Of a stretch of DNA of 64,000 bases, positions 26,430 to 35,351 are shown one piece after another. A program made the translations under genes and the position numbers. Below the pieces are notes generated by a model. That model saw only the letters and a list, made by a program, of their open reading frames with translations, was not told where the DNA came from and did no database searches. Positions within the stretch are counted from its first letter, which is position 1, and the number at the start of each line of letters is the position of its first letter. Source of the DNA: Candidatus Harrisonbacteria bacterium (GTDB lineage Bacteria; Patescibacteriota; Minisyncoccia; UBA6257; UBA11618); NCBI GenBank assembly GCA_023244855.1, contig JAHFLO010000002.1, positions 8,017 to 72,016 of the forward strand, in the 5' to 3' direction.

Positions 26430-27065
26430 TCAGCCTTGCGGCAGCTTGATCGCCTTTGCGCAGATCAAGCACATCCTCCAGATCGCAATCAGGAGCAGTG
26501 CTCCCGAAACTTCCCATGTAATGAAGGCGTCGATTAGGGCTGCATCCCGGGCATTGATTATGAATGATACTCCCCATGCGAGGAGTATGGCTGCCGAGAC
26601 TGCGGCGTCTTGGAAGAAGTGTAGGGATGATATTTTTTCCAAGTCCGTTTTTCCTTTGTTGAGAATCAGCGCCATCCATGTATTGATGCAGAAGTTGAAT
26701 ATAGCGAAGAGGAAAAGGATATCGGTTTTAACTGCTTGTGGATTCCGCATATGCTCTAATCCGTGCATTAGAGCCTTGCTACTCGCCCATGCCATCAGCA
26801 ATCCGCCGGCAATTCCCGCGACCTTCTCGAGATAAGGGGCTTTTTGGGCGCCCTTTATAAGAAGGAGGATGACGAGGCATTCGCCGAGATCGGCGGCGTC
26901 ATGTAGGTATGCGGCATTAAGGGGCATGCTCTGCGTCCATTTGAATGCGGCCCACTCGACGATTGTGAGTAATCCGTTGCCGGCAGCGGCAAAGACGATA
27001 TTCAAGAATTTCTTTTTCAGCTCTTCATCTGAAGAGCCGTGCGCGTGAACGTGGACGCAAACCAT
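26430..27065 (-). CDS. cation diffusion facilitator (CDF) family transporter, membrane domain only
   Basis: His-rich N-terminus MVCVHVHAHGSSDEE and two HxxxD motifs in TM helices (YLHDAADL, HFFQDAAV) typical of CzcD/ZitB. No cytoplasmic C-terminal domain. Confidence 0.6.
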   Translation of the reverse strand: MVCVHVHAHGSSDEELKKKFLNIVFAAAGNGLLTIVEWAAFKWTQSMPLNAAYLHDAADLGECLVILLLIKGAQKAPYLEKVAGIAGGLLMAWASSKALMHGLEHMRNPQAVKTDILFLFAIFNFCINTWMALILNKGKTDLEKISSLHFFQDAAVSAAILLAWGVSFIINARDAALIDAFITWEVSGALLLIAIWRMCLICAKAIKLPQG

Positions 27066-27157
27066 ATCGTTTCTCCTGTGCGTTTAGTGTTGGAAAAGGG
27101 CTCGTTACGACACGGATATAATGCATTAGCTGGGGGATTATGGCAAACTGAGATGAT

Positions 27158-27601
27158 ATGGCATTCCTTAGATTTCTCTTCTCGCTTTTCATCGTTGCGA
27201 CCGCGCTCCACTTTGGGTGGGAGATTTCGCAGATGGGGTATTATTCGTTTTCCGTTCCATCCCTGCCGAGCTACGACGCGTTTATTAAAGATCATTGGAC
27301 GGTAGCGGCTAAAGACGGGCTTATTACTGTCGCGTTATATCTATTAGTTGGCATGCTCGTTAAAAACGCCGGCTGGGCGAAGCGGTTTAATCGCCAGCGG
27401 TTTATGTTCCTTATCGTGCTTGGTTTTTTATGGGCAGTGGGTGTGGAATACCACGCCACTGAAATCGCGCACCGCTGGACCTATGCAAAATCAATGCCGA
27501 TAATCCCGATTATCAACGTGGGTGTCGCGCCTATTCTCCAGATGGTTGTCATTCCGTTTTTCGCAATCTTCCTCACGCGCAAGCAGCTGAGCGAGAAGTA
27601 A
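27158..27601 (+). CDS. hypothetical polytopic membrane protein
   Basis: 4 predicted TM helices, no recognisable motif. Confidence 0.4.
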   Translation: MAFLRFLFSLFIVATALHFGWEISQMGYYSFSVPSLPSYDAFIKDHWTVAAKDGLITVALYLLVGMLVKNAGWAKRFNRQRFMFLIVLGFLWAVGVEYHATEIAHRWTYAKSMPIIPIINVGVAPILQMVVIPFFAIFLTRKQLSEK

Positions 27602-27695
27602 TATTGACGAAAAATATATTTCGTGCTAAATTAGCATAAGCATTAACCGCCTGCGGGCGAACTTTTACAACCTTTTTCCTCGAAGGGGGGGTGAG

Positions 27696-28163
27696 ATGAC
27701 TGTCATTTGGGCATGCGTATGCGTTGCTATTGCTCTTGGGGCTAGCTTCTTTTTCGGCTTTTACATTTCGACGTGGCTGGATCTCCGTGAGTTTGAATTG
27801 GAAAAAAAGTACAGGCGTCGCGTTTCCGTATGCGTTGCAGGTGCTGCGTATGCCGTCGTGCTGACGCGAGATTTACATGAATGGAGCGACCAGTATCATG
27901 AACAATGGCTCACTCAGGCGGACTTCGCTCTCGACGAGCCGTTCAGGTTTCCTTCGCCGGAGACCGTGCTGATCACTTTTATTCCTTCGAATGAGCTCTT
28001 AAGAACCGTACTAGCCGGATGCCTAATCGAGTGGGTTGATTTCATTATTCCAAAGGAGGTCCCGTCGTTAATCGGTACGCAAATCCGCAGTCCGCTTGAC
28101 CTATGGATCGCGATCCATGAAACCGAGCCCAGCGAAGAGTTACGGGAACTGCTCATGGCATGA
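27696..28163 (+). CDS. hypothetical protein with N-terminal TM helix
   Basis: 155 aa with one N-terminal TM and a soluble acidic domain. Upstream TTGACG-17-TAAATT promoter-like sequence at 27604-27636. Confidence 0.4.
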   Translation: MTVIWACVCVAIALGASFFFGFYISTWLDLREFELEKKYRRRVSVCVAGAAYAVVLTRDLHEWSDQYHEQWLTQADFALDEPFRFPSPETVLITFIPSNELLRTVLAGCLIEWVDFIIPKEVPSLIGTQIRSPLDLWIAIHETEPSEELRELLMA

Positions 28164-28278
28164 CGTTTTATTGGAGGCTTCGCCGAATTTCGGCGGGCCT
28201 CCTTTTTTTTGATTGCTCTTGCAATCAATCCCTCGAAATTCGCAGAGCGAAGGGGGATGCTATACAGTATTTATATAT

Positions 28279-29535
28279 ATGCCGCGCATCATCGCCGATC
28301 TGCAGATACATTCGAAGTACGCGCGGGCGGTTTCGCCGAAGATGGTTTTGGAGGAGCTGGACCGGTGGGCGGCCGATAAGGGGATTAATGTGATGGGTAC
28401 AGGTGACTTTACGCACCCCGCGTGGTTTGCGGAGATCGAGGAAAAGCTCGAGCCGGCCGAACGTGGTTTATATAAGTTAAAAGCCGAATATAAGTTGCCG
28501 CGCATGAATGGAACGCTGGCAGATACGCGTTTCATGCTCACGAGTGAAATTTCGAACGTATATACGCGCCACGGCAGGGGGCGGCGCGTGCATAACCTTA
28601 TTTGGGCGCCGAGTATTGAATCAGTTGAAAAGCTAAATACGGCGTTAAGTTGGGTGGGGAATTTAAAAAGCGACGGCAGGCCGATATTGGGATTGGATTC
28701 CGAAGAGCTCGTTAAGATGTGTTTAGATGCTGACCCTGATATCGCCGTTATTCCCGCGCACGCGTGGACGCCGTGGTTCGCTGTGTTCGGCTCCATGTCC
28801 GGCTTCGATACGCTTGAGGAGTGTTATGGGGACCACACGAAGCATATCTTTGCTATGGAGACCGGCTTGAGTTCCGACCCTATCATGAACTGGCGGTTAT
28901 CGCAGCTCGACAACGTCGCTATCGTATCAAATTCCGATTCGCATTCGCTCGAAAAAATCGGCCGCGAGGCGAATGTATTTGATTGCGAGCTTTCATATGC
29001 GGGGATAATCAAAGCAATTAAATCTTCCATTCCCGCTGCAAAAAAAGACCCAAAGAACAAGTTTTTATTCACTATCGAATTCTTTCCTGAGGAGGGGAAG
29101 TACCACTACGACGGGCATCGCCTATGCGGCGTTTCGTGGACGCCAGAAGAAACAAAAAAACACGGCGGCATATGTTCCGTATGCGGTAAGAAAGTGACTA
29201 TAGGCGTTATGAACCGTATGGACGCATTAGCTGACCGGCCGCTTGGATATGTCGACTCGCGTCGCACGCCGTATAAATCTATCGTGCCTCTACATGAAGT
29301 TATTCGCGATGCGCTCGCCGTAGGGAAGACCTCGAAGAAAATACCTGAAACGTACGCGAGCCTTATTAAAACCTTCGGCTCTGAGTTTGGTATACTGTTA
29401 GACGTGCCGGTTGCGGATATCGCAGTGAACCTTCCTCGTATAGCTGAAGCCGTGGGCCGCGTCCGGAGCGGGGATATAACGATAGTCCCCGGGTACGACG
29501 GCGAGTTTGGTCACGTATCCGTTTTTCCTAAATAA
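28279..29535 (+). CDS. endonuclease Q-like PHP-domain nuclease (TIGR00375 family)
   Basis: N-terminus IIADLQIHSKYARAVSPKM…GINVMGTGDFTHPAW closely follows the EndoQ/PHP metal-binding pattern (DLHIHS…GTGD). C-terminal Cys cluster CGVSW…CSVCGKK is zinc-finger-like. Start taken at the internal MPRII. Confidence 0.65.
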   Translation: MPRIIADLQIHSKYARAVSPKMVLEELDRWAADKGINVMGTGDFTHPAWFAEIEEKLEPAERGLYKLKAEYKLPRMNGTLADTRFMLTSEISNVYTRHGRGRRVHNLIWAPSIESVEKLNTALSWVGNLKSDGRPILGLDSEELVKMCLDADPDIAVIPAHAWTPWFAVFGSMSGFDTLEECYGDHTKHIFAMETGLSSDPIMNWRLSQLDNVAIVSNSDSHSLEKIGREANVFDCELSYAGIIKAIKSSIPAAKKDPKNKFLFTIEFFPEEGKYHYDGHRLCGVSWTPEETKKHGGICSVCGKKVTIGVMNRMDALADRPLGYVDSRRTPYKSIVPLHEVIRDALAVGKTSKKIPETYASLIKTFGSEFGILLDVPVADIAVNLPRIAEAVGRVRSGDITIVPGYDGEFGHVSVFPK

Positions 29536-29545
29536 ATTCGTATCA

Positions 29546-30199
29546 ATGAATATTTTCCATATCCGTTTTAATGCGGTCGTTAAGCGTTTTATTTGGGCGG
29601 ACCTTGTATGGCTCGCGGGGTGGGGATTATTGTCGCCGATTTTCGCGGTGTTCGTACTGCAGCAAATCCCGGGGGCGACAGTCGTCACTATCGGCACCGC
29701 GGCCGCTATTTACTGGATACTCAAATCTATCATCCAGATCCCTGTTGCTGTAGCTATTGACCGCACGGCCTCCGAGCGCGATGACTATCTCATGCTCGTC
29801 GTGAGCTTAATGCTCGCGGGGTTAACGTCCTTCAGTTATATCTTGGTGCATACAGTATGGCAGTTATACCTTGTGGAGGTTTTGCATGCCGTGAGCTTCG
29901 CTTTATATATTCCTTCGTGGAATGGAATATTCACCCGCCACTTAGATCCCAAGCACCGCGCGCTGGAGTTCGCGCTTGATAGTGGGGCGGTGGGGGTCGC
30001 GACGGGCGTCGCCGGCCTTTTAGGTAGTATCGTGATGCAGGCGTTCGGCTTCCAGATTATTTTTATAATCACAGCAGTGCTTTCTTTCACCGCCGCTATC
30101 ATTATTTTTAACAGCCCGAGTATCGTCTTCCCGCGTCACCGTAAAAGCCATGGAGAATCGTCCGGTGCCGACCATACCCCACGTAACCTCGGAAAGTAA
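29546..30199 (+). CDS. six-TM membrane protein (MFS half-like)
   Basis: Six hydrophobic helices. Start placed at MNIFHIRF after the stop of the upstream gene. Function unknown. Confidence 0.4.
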   Translation: MNIFHIRFNAVVKRFIWADLVWLAGWGLLSPIFAVFVLQQIPGATVVTIGTAAAIYWILKSIIQIPVAVAIDRTASERDDYLMLVVSLMLAGLTSFSYILVHTVWQLYLVEVLHAVSFALYIPSWNGIFTRHLDPKHRALEFALDSGAVGVATGVAGLLGSIVMQAFGFQIIFIITAVLSFTAAIIIFNSPSIVFPRHRKSHGESSGADHTPRNLGK

Positions 30200-30249
30200 G
30201 GGGGCTCTGGTTCTTTGACGGCTGATTTTTAGGGAAGTACAGTTGATGG

Positions 30250-31986
30250 ATGGATAACGGGCAGATTGCTAGGGTAATCAGGGAGGTTGGGGAATATATC
30301 CAAGTGGATGAGGGATTATCTTTCCGCGCCCGCGCGTACGATAGAGCTGCTGAGACCATAGAAAGCTTAGTTGAACCGCTTACTGATACGTATGCCAAGG
30401 GCGGTATGACGGCTCTTATGGGTATTAAGGGTATTGGCCGCGGCTTGGGCGATGCGCTCGAGGAAATTATTACGACGGGCAAGTCTTCTCTCCACGAGGA
30501 GCTTAAGCGCGCGCTCCCGATAGACCTGCCAGCACTTAACAGTGTGCAGGGCTTAGGGCCGCAGAAGATTCGCGTTTTATATAAGGAGTTAAAAATTAAA
30601 AACTTAGAGGATTTAGAAAGGGCGGCGACTGCGGGGCAGATCCGCGTCCTTACAGGATTCGGCGAAAAGAGCGAGGAGAAGATTTTACGCGGCGTAGAAT
30701 TTTTAAAGCGCGGCGCGGGGCGTATGCTTTTAGGTGATGTATTACCATGGGGACGGAACTTGGAAAAAGAACTTTTAAAATTAAAGGGTGTGCGTAAAGC
30801 GACGCTGGCGGGGTCCGCTCGCCGCAGACGCGAAACCGTGGGGGACTTAGATATGCTTGTGGTGGCGGACGATGCGTCGCCAGTTATGGATTATTTTATT
30901 GCTATGCCGGACGTGGAGGAGATATTGGCGAATGGCCCAACGAAATCTGCCGTGCGTTTAAAAAACGGCTTGCAGGTGGATTTGCGCGTCGTCCCCGCGG
31001 AGTCGTACGGAGCGGCACTTAATTACTTTACCGGTTCGCGCGATCATAATATTGTCTTGCGCCAGATCGCGCAGGATAAAGGGTTGAAGCTTAACGAGTA
31101 CGGATTGTTCCATGGCGACGTGGCTATCGCAGGCTTTACCGAAGAAGGGATTTATGCGGCGCTCGGTTTGGAATTCGTGCCGCCTGAATTACGCGAAAAT
31201 GGGGGTGAGGTTGAGCTTGCGCGTGACTCTGCGTTACCCGTACTTATCGGTTATAGCGACCTCTGCGGCGACCTGCAGGTGCAGACCAGTTGGACGGACG
31301 GCGTGCATTCCATAGACGAAATGGCGGAAGCTGCAATGGCCGCGGGGCTGGACTATATGGTCGTGACCGACCACACGAAGCGGCTCGCGATGATGGGCGG
31401 TTTAGACGAAAAAAAGATTCGCTTGCAGATGAAAGAAATAGACGCCGTAAACGAACGTCTTATGTCTGCAGGGAAAAAGTTTAAAGTACTTAAGGGTAGT
31501 GAGTGCGATATATTGAAAGATGGTTCGCTTGATTTGCCGGACGACGTGCTCTGCGAGCTCGATGTGGTGGGTGTTTCGATTCATTCGTATTTCGATTTGC
31601 CGCGCGACGAGCAGACGACGCGCGTAATAAAAGCGATTACGAACCCGCATGCCGATATTTTCTTCCACCCTACGGCGCGCAAGATCAATGCGCGCCCCGC
31701 GTGCGATTTCGATATGGAGGCGGTGCTCGATGCGGCGGCAAAAGCGGGGACGGTGATGGAGGTGGATGCGTTTCCTGATCGGCTCGACCTATCCGCCGAA
31801 TACATCCGTATGTGCGTGAAGCGGGGTATAAAGCTTGCGATAGATTCGGATGCTCATGACAGGGCGCACTTTTCTGTGCTAGAGTACGGTATTGCACAGG
31901 CCCGTAGGGGATGGGCGCAGAAGGAGGATATTGTAAACGCATGGCCCGTGGAGAAAATGCTCGGCATGCTTAAAAAGAGCGCATAG
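30250..31986 (+). CDS. polX: DNA polymerase X family protein with C-terminal PHP domain
   Basis: HhH motifs (GIGRGLGDAL, GLGPQKIR), nucleotidyltransferase motif GSARRRRETVGDLDMLVV, PHP domain HTxxS/DH motifs (MVVTDHTKR, DSDAHD). Confidence 0.85.
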   Translation: MDNGQIARVIREVGEYIQVDEGLSFRARAYDRAAETIESLVEPLTDTYAKGGMTALMGIKGIGRGLGDALEEIITTGKSSLHEELKRALPIDLPALNSVQGLGPQKIRVLYKELKIKNLEDLERAATAGQIRVLTGFGEKSEEKILRGVEFLKRGAGRMLLGDVLPWGRNLEKELLKLKGVRKATLAGSARRRRETVGDLDMLVVADDASPVMDYFIAMPDVEEILANGPTKSAVRLKNGLQVDLRVVPAESYGAALNYFTGSRDHNIVLRQIAQDKGLKLNEYGLFHGDVAIAGFTEEGIYAALGLEFVPPELRENGGEVELARDSALPVLIGYSDLCGDLQVQTSWTDGVHSIDEMAEAAMAAGLDYMVVTDHTKRLAMMGGLDEKKIRLQMKEIDAVNERLMSAGKKFKVLKGSECDILKDGSLDLPDDVLCELDVVGVSIHSYFDLPRDEQTTRVIKAITNPHADIFFHPTARKINARPACDFDMEAVLDAAAKAGTVMEVDAFPDRLDLSAEYIRMCVKRGIKLAIDSDAHDRAHFSVLEYGIAQARRGWAQKEDIVNAWPVEKMLGMLKKSA

Positions 31987-31998
31987 CGCTATACAACT

Positions 31999-32502
31999 AT
32001 GGAAAAGAAGGATTACACCAAGGTGATATCCGCCGGCATCATCATATTCCGGCGCGTCGAAGGGGAACTTAAGTTCCTATTCCTCTACCGCAGTCGCGGT
32101 ACGTGGGATTTTCCGCGCGGGCGCATGGAGGAGGGGGAGCGGAGCTGGCAGACGGCATTCCGCGAGGTTGGTGAAGAAACGGGCTTGCGGCGCAGTGAGC
32201 TCATAATGCATCCTAACTTCAAGGTATACGAGAAGTTCCCTTACATGAGCGAGGGTAAGCGGATATTCAAGGTGGTTATTTTCTATCTTGCGGAGACCAC
32301 GCAGTCGCGCGTGAGGATATCGTCCGAGCATGAGGGGTATGGGTGGTTTTCGTACCCGGAGGCACGGAAGGCGTTGTCCCGCTACAAGGCGCGCGTGGAA
32401 ATATTGCGTAAGGCGATGGAGGCGATAGAAGCCGCGGGGCAGGGGGGCGCAACGGTTGCTGAGCAGGTTCCGCCCGAACCCGTGGCAGATTCGCTCGAAT
32501 AA
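31999..32502 (+). CDS. NUDIX hydrolase
   Basis: Nudix box GRMEEGERSWQTAFREVGEETGL (GX5EX7REUXEEXGU). Confidence 0.8.
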   Translation: MEKKDYTKVISAGIIIFRRVEGELKFLFLYRSRGTWDFPRGRMEEGERSWQTAFREVGEETGLRRSELIMHPNFKVYEKFPYMSEGKRIFKVVIFYLAETTQSRVRISSEHEGYGWFSYPEARKALSRYKARVEILRKAMEAIEAAGQGGATVAEQVPPEPVADSLE

Positions 32503-32529
32503 AAATACCGCCTGCGTGGCGGTATTTTT

Positions 32530-32874
32530 TTAGCGAGCGCTGTCGACTACTGCCTTGAAGGCTTCGGGGTTGTGCTCGGCGATGTCTGCGAGCACCTTAC
32601 GGTCGAGTTCGATTTTTTTAAGTTTCAAGGCAGCAATGAGATTCTTGTAGGTAACTCCCAGCGCGCGGCCGGCGGCATTAATCTTTACCGTCCATAAGGA
32701 GCGCATAACGCGCTTCTTTTCTTTACGGCCGCGGAAGGCGTGCGTCCATGCGTGAAGCAAGGCTTCTTTAGCGGCACGCTCTTTGGACTTACGTCCCCAG
32801 CGGAACCCCTTGGTATAGGCGAGAACCTTTTCGCGTCGTTTGTGGGCATTTACGCCACGCTTTACTCTTGTCAT
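32530..32874 (-). CDS. rplT: 50S ribosomal protein L20
   Basis: MTRVKRGVNAHKRREKVL… is typical L20. infC-rpmI-rplT operon order. Confidence 0.9.
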   Translation of the reverse strand: MTRVKRGVNAHKRREKVLAYTKGFRWGRKSKERAAKEALLHAWTHAFRGRKEKKRVMRSLWTVKINAAGRALGVTYKNLIAALKLKKIELDRKVLADIAEHNPEAFKAVVDSAR

Positions 32875-32878
32875 GGTA

Positions 32879-33067
32879 TTAGTTCTTGGTAGTTAAATTA
32901 CGAAGCATCTGCTTAACATCTACGCCCTCTATGGCGTGCGCACCGCGCTTACGGTGGAGTTGGACACCGCGCTTTTTAGCGCGGCAGTGACCCTGCCCCA
33001 TAGTGCGGTGCATGAGCTTGCCCGTTTTCGTAAGGCGTATGCGTTTAACGACAGATTTACGTGCCAT
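32879..33067 (-). CDS. rpmI: 50S ribosomal protein L35
   Basis: 62-aa basic protein MARKSVVKRIRLTKTGKLMHR… between infC and rplT. Confidence 0.8.
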   Translation of the reverse strand: MARKSVVKRIRLTKTGKLMHRTMGQGHCRAKKRGVQLHRKRGAHAIEGVDVKQMLRNLTTKN

Positions 33068-33128
33068 ATCGAAGTTTTATGATTATAGATGATTTTTCCC
33101 AAAAGGGCAATATATGCTGCTTGTGGGA

Positions 33129-33635
33129 TTATTTCGTGGGGACAATCTGTGTCTGGATGCCGCGCCCCATGAACTTGGGCGGGGCGATTACGCGGTGCGG
33201 GGAGAGCATAGTGAGGAATTTCTTAAGCTGTTCGTGCGCGTATTCCTGGTTACCCTTTTCGCGGCCACGGAGCGTGAGCACGATGTTGATAGAGTGACCC
33301 GCTGCCATGAACTTATTGAGGAGCTTCGCCTTAACCTGCAGGTCGTTCGTTGCCGTGCGCCCCGAAAGCTGAATACGCTTAATATCGAGGTTCTTTTGGG
33401 CGATGCGCTGCTTCTTCCGCTTCTTCTCCTCTTGGTAGCGGAACTTGTCGTAGCTCATGATGCGCGCCACAGGCGGCTTGGCGAGCGGGGATATCTCAAT
33501 AACGTCGATGTTCGTTGCGTCGGCGATCTTAATCGCGTCGTCTAAGGACATTACGCCGAGGCTTGTGCCGTCTTCCCCAATAACCAAAAGCTCTTTGGCG
33601 GTTATCTCCCGATTGATTTTTACGTTAGTAGTAAT
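33129..33635 (-). CDS. infC: translation initiation factor IF-3, probable non-AUG (AUU) start
   Basis: VIGEDGTSLGV…IVLTLRGRE IF3 domains. The in-frame upstream reading TAKELL matches the IF3 N-terminus. The track start is TTG at 33587; an in-frame ATT at 33633-33635 is the furthest plausible start before the TAG at 33648-33650. Confidence 0.75.
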   Translation of the reverse strand: MTTNVKINREITAKELLVIGEDGTSLGVMSLDDAIKIADATNIDVIEISPLAKPPVARIMSYDKFRYQEEKKRKKQRIAQKNLDIKRIQLSGRTATNDLQVKAKLLNKFMAAGHSINIVLTLRGREKGNQEYAHEQLKKFLTMLSPHRVIAPPKFMGRGIQTQIVPTK

Positions 33636-33685
33636 ACGCCTATAGTACTAGGATTTTGTGTTCTGGTCAATGAATCCTCAGGGTT

Positions 33686-33961
33686 TTAGAGCTTTTGGAG
33701 TTCTTTAAGGTCGTGGTCGGGTGCATAGAGCAGTATGAGGCCGATTACGAAGCCAATACCCGCGGCAAGGAGGGTGTGGTCTATGCCGATCATAGTTTCT
33801 AAGATATCGAGTCCGTGCCATACGCCGCGCCACACGAGCACGAGCCCGATCACGACATTGATATTCCGTATAAAGTACGAGGGTTGCGATGTGTTTTCGG
33901 TCATAAGAATAAGTATATCATTTTGATAAAAAAGCTTGTTTAGCTCGGTAATATCGTCCAT
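33686..33961 (-). CDS. small two-TM membrane protein, divergent from smpB
   Basis: MDDITELNK… followed by two hydrophobic helices. The track ORF N-terminal extension overlaps smpB and is rejected. Confidence 0.35.
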   Translation of the reverse strand: MDDITELNKLFYQNDILILMTENTSQPSYFIRNINVVIGLVLVWRGVWHGLDILETMIGIDHTLLAAGIGFVIGLILLYAPDHDLKELQKL

Positions 33962-33970
33962 ACTTGCCGC

Positions 33971-34417
33971 ATGGAGCAGACGTCGATAACTAATCGCAAG
34001 GCGCGTTTTAATTACGAAATACTCGATTCTCGCGAGGCGGGTATCGAGCTTTTTGGCTACGAAGCTAAGTCCCTGAAGGCGAGTCATGCGGATATTACGG
34101 GCGCGCACGTTACGATCCGTGGCGGTGAAGCGTGGCTCTTAAACATGAATGTGCGGCCGTATCAGGAAAACAACGTGCCAAAAGATTACGATCCGCTTCG
34201 TCCGCGTCGCTTACTCCTAAAGAAAGAAGAAATCGCAGAACTCGAAGCGCAGGTACGCACGGCTAACTTGACAATCGTGCCAATTCGGGTTTATAGTAAG
34301 GGGCGTCTCGTGAAGATCGAAATAGGTCTCGGAAGAGGCAAGAAGAAAGCCGATAAGCGCGAGGCGATCAAAAAACGGGAGTGGTCTAGGCTTCGACGGA
34401 ACATTGAAACGAAATAA
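33971..34417 (+). CDS. smpB: SsrA-binding protein SmpB
   Basis: NRKARFNYEILD…GAHV… and a basic C-terminal tail KKREWSRLRRNIETK, canonical SmpB. Confidence 0.9.
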   Translation: MEQTSITNRKARFNYEILDSREAGIELFGYEAKSLKASHADITGAHVTIRGGEAWLLNMNVRPYQENNVPKDYDPLRPRRLLLKKEEIAELEAQVRTANLTIVPIRVYSKGRLVKIEIGLGRGKKKADKREAIKKREWSRLRRNIETK

Positions 34418-34726
34418 GCAAGCCGAGTTAGCACGCACACTCGTAAAACGGCGCGCACAAGATTAATTGCCAACGCATTTAGTCGCCAGCCTGAGCTCGC
34501 ATACGCGTAGCTTAGGGATCTCTTCCTAACTCCTGCTAGGGAATCAAGAGGTCTTATACCGCAGGATAGCGATTACGGACTGGTGACGTAAGAGCAAAAC
34601 TAAGCCAGTAAGGCGTGCGTGGTTTCTGGTATGTCTAAGCCACGCCGCATGAACCGACATACCTACGCTTGTAGAAAGTTTCGGACTGATATGCTTCGGA
34701 TCGGGGTTCGATTCCCCGCACTTCCA
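34377..34726 (+). ncRNA. ssrA: tmRNA (ssrA), about 350 nt, 5' end overlapping the 3' end of smpB
   Basis: 5' GGGAGTGGTCTAGGCTTCGACGG… matches the tmRNA 5' consensus GGGGCUGAUUCUGGAUUCGACGG. 3' end has T-arm CGGGGTTCGATTCCCCG plus acceptor CACTTCC-A, pairing with 5' GGGAGTG. Internal GCCGAG…CTCGTAAAA pseudoknot-1-like segment. Candidate tag ORF GCC AAC GCA TTT AGT CGC CAG CCT GAG CTC GCA TAC GCG TAG encodes ANAFSRQPELAYA. Confidence 0.8.
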
Positions 34727-34730
34727 CAAA

Positions 34731-34763
34731 AACAAAACATCCTCGCAAGAGGATGTTTTGTTT
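34731..34763 (+). terminator. rho-independent terminator after tmRNA
   Basis: aaaacatcctc-gcaa-gaggatgtttt followed by gttt. Confidence 0.6.
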
Positions 34764-34835
34764 AGTCATAAAAAATGCGCCCGACCGGAAGAGGTGGTTG
34801 GGCGCGTGTTGCGGAGCGTTATAGGGGGCGGATGC

Positions 34836-35351
34836 CTATCCCCACAGTTTTTCCCATAGGTTGGGCATCGTTCCGTTGGTCGGTTTTTCGCCGTCAACGA
34901 AGAAGTCTGGTCCCGCTCCGTCGAGATGCGTGCTGAGCAGATCGCATTGGTTCTTGCAGATTCTTCTTTTGTTTGCGCGCCGCCATGGCCCGATAACTCC
35001 GACTTTCTTGAGCGTTCCGGGTTGAGCTTCGTTCAAAAGGGTTAGCGTGTAGAGAAGCATAGCAACGCAATCATCTTTGGCGAGTGCGTAAGTATCCTCC
35101 TGTCGCGTCGTCGTGCGAGGGCTAATGAAGATCAGTGTGTCGAACGTGAGTTCGCTTTTTGTTAGGCGCTCGATGTCCTCACGTCGCGGAAAATACCACG
35201 TGAAGTATCCTCCTTCCGCATCCGGCGGATTGTCCGAGTTTAGCCAGCGAAGGCTGAGTTCATTATTCAAGAAATCTTCGGCTTCTGTTGCGCCATCCCT
35301 CATGTCGGTGATGTTGCCGATAAGAAGCACTCTTTGGCCTTGATGGTTCAT
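34836..35351 (-). CDS. hypothetical protein (alpha/beta, Rossmann-like pattern), orphan next to tmRNA 3' end
   Basis: 171 aa with alternating hydrophobic strand/helix pattern (VLLIGNITD, LIFISPR, VAMLLYTL, VGVIGPW). No motif recognised. Confidence 0.45.
   Translation of the reverse strand: MNHQGQRVLLIGNITDMRDGATEAEDFLNNELSLRWLNSDNPPDAEGGYFTWYFPRREDIERLTKSELTFDTLIFISPRTTTRQEDTYALAKDDCVAMLLYTLTLLNEAQPGTLKKVGVIGPWRRANKRRICKNQCDLLSTHLDGAGPDFFVDGEKPTNGTMPNLWEKLWG

Noticed and set aside
26395-26835. Plus-strand 146-aa ORF and minus-strand 107-aa ORF overlapping the CDF transporter gene
   Set aside because: The CDF reading frame contains the conserved HxxxD motifs. The others are overlapping alternative frames with no features.
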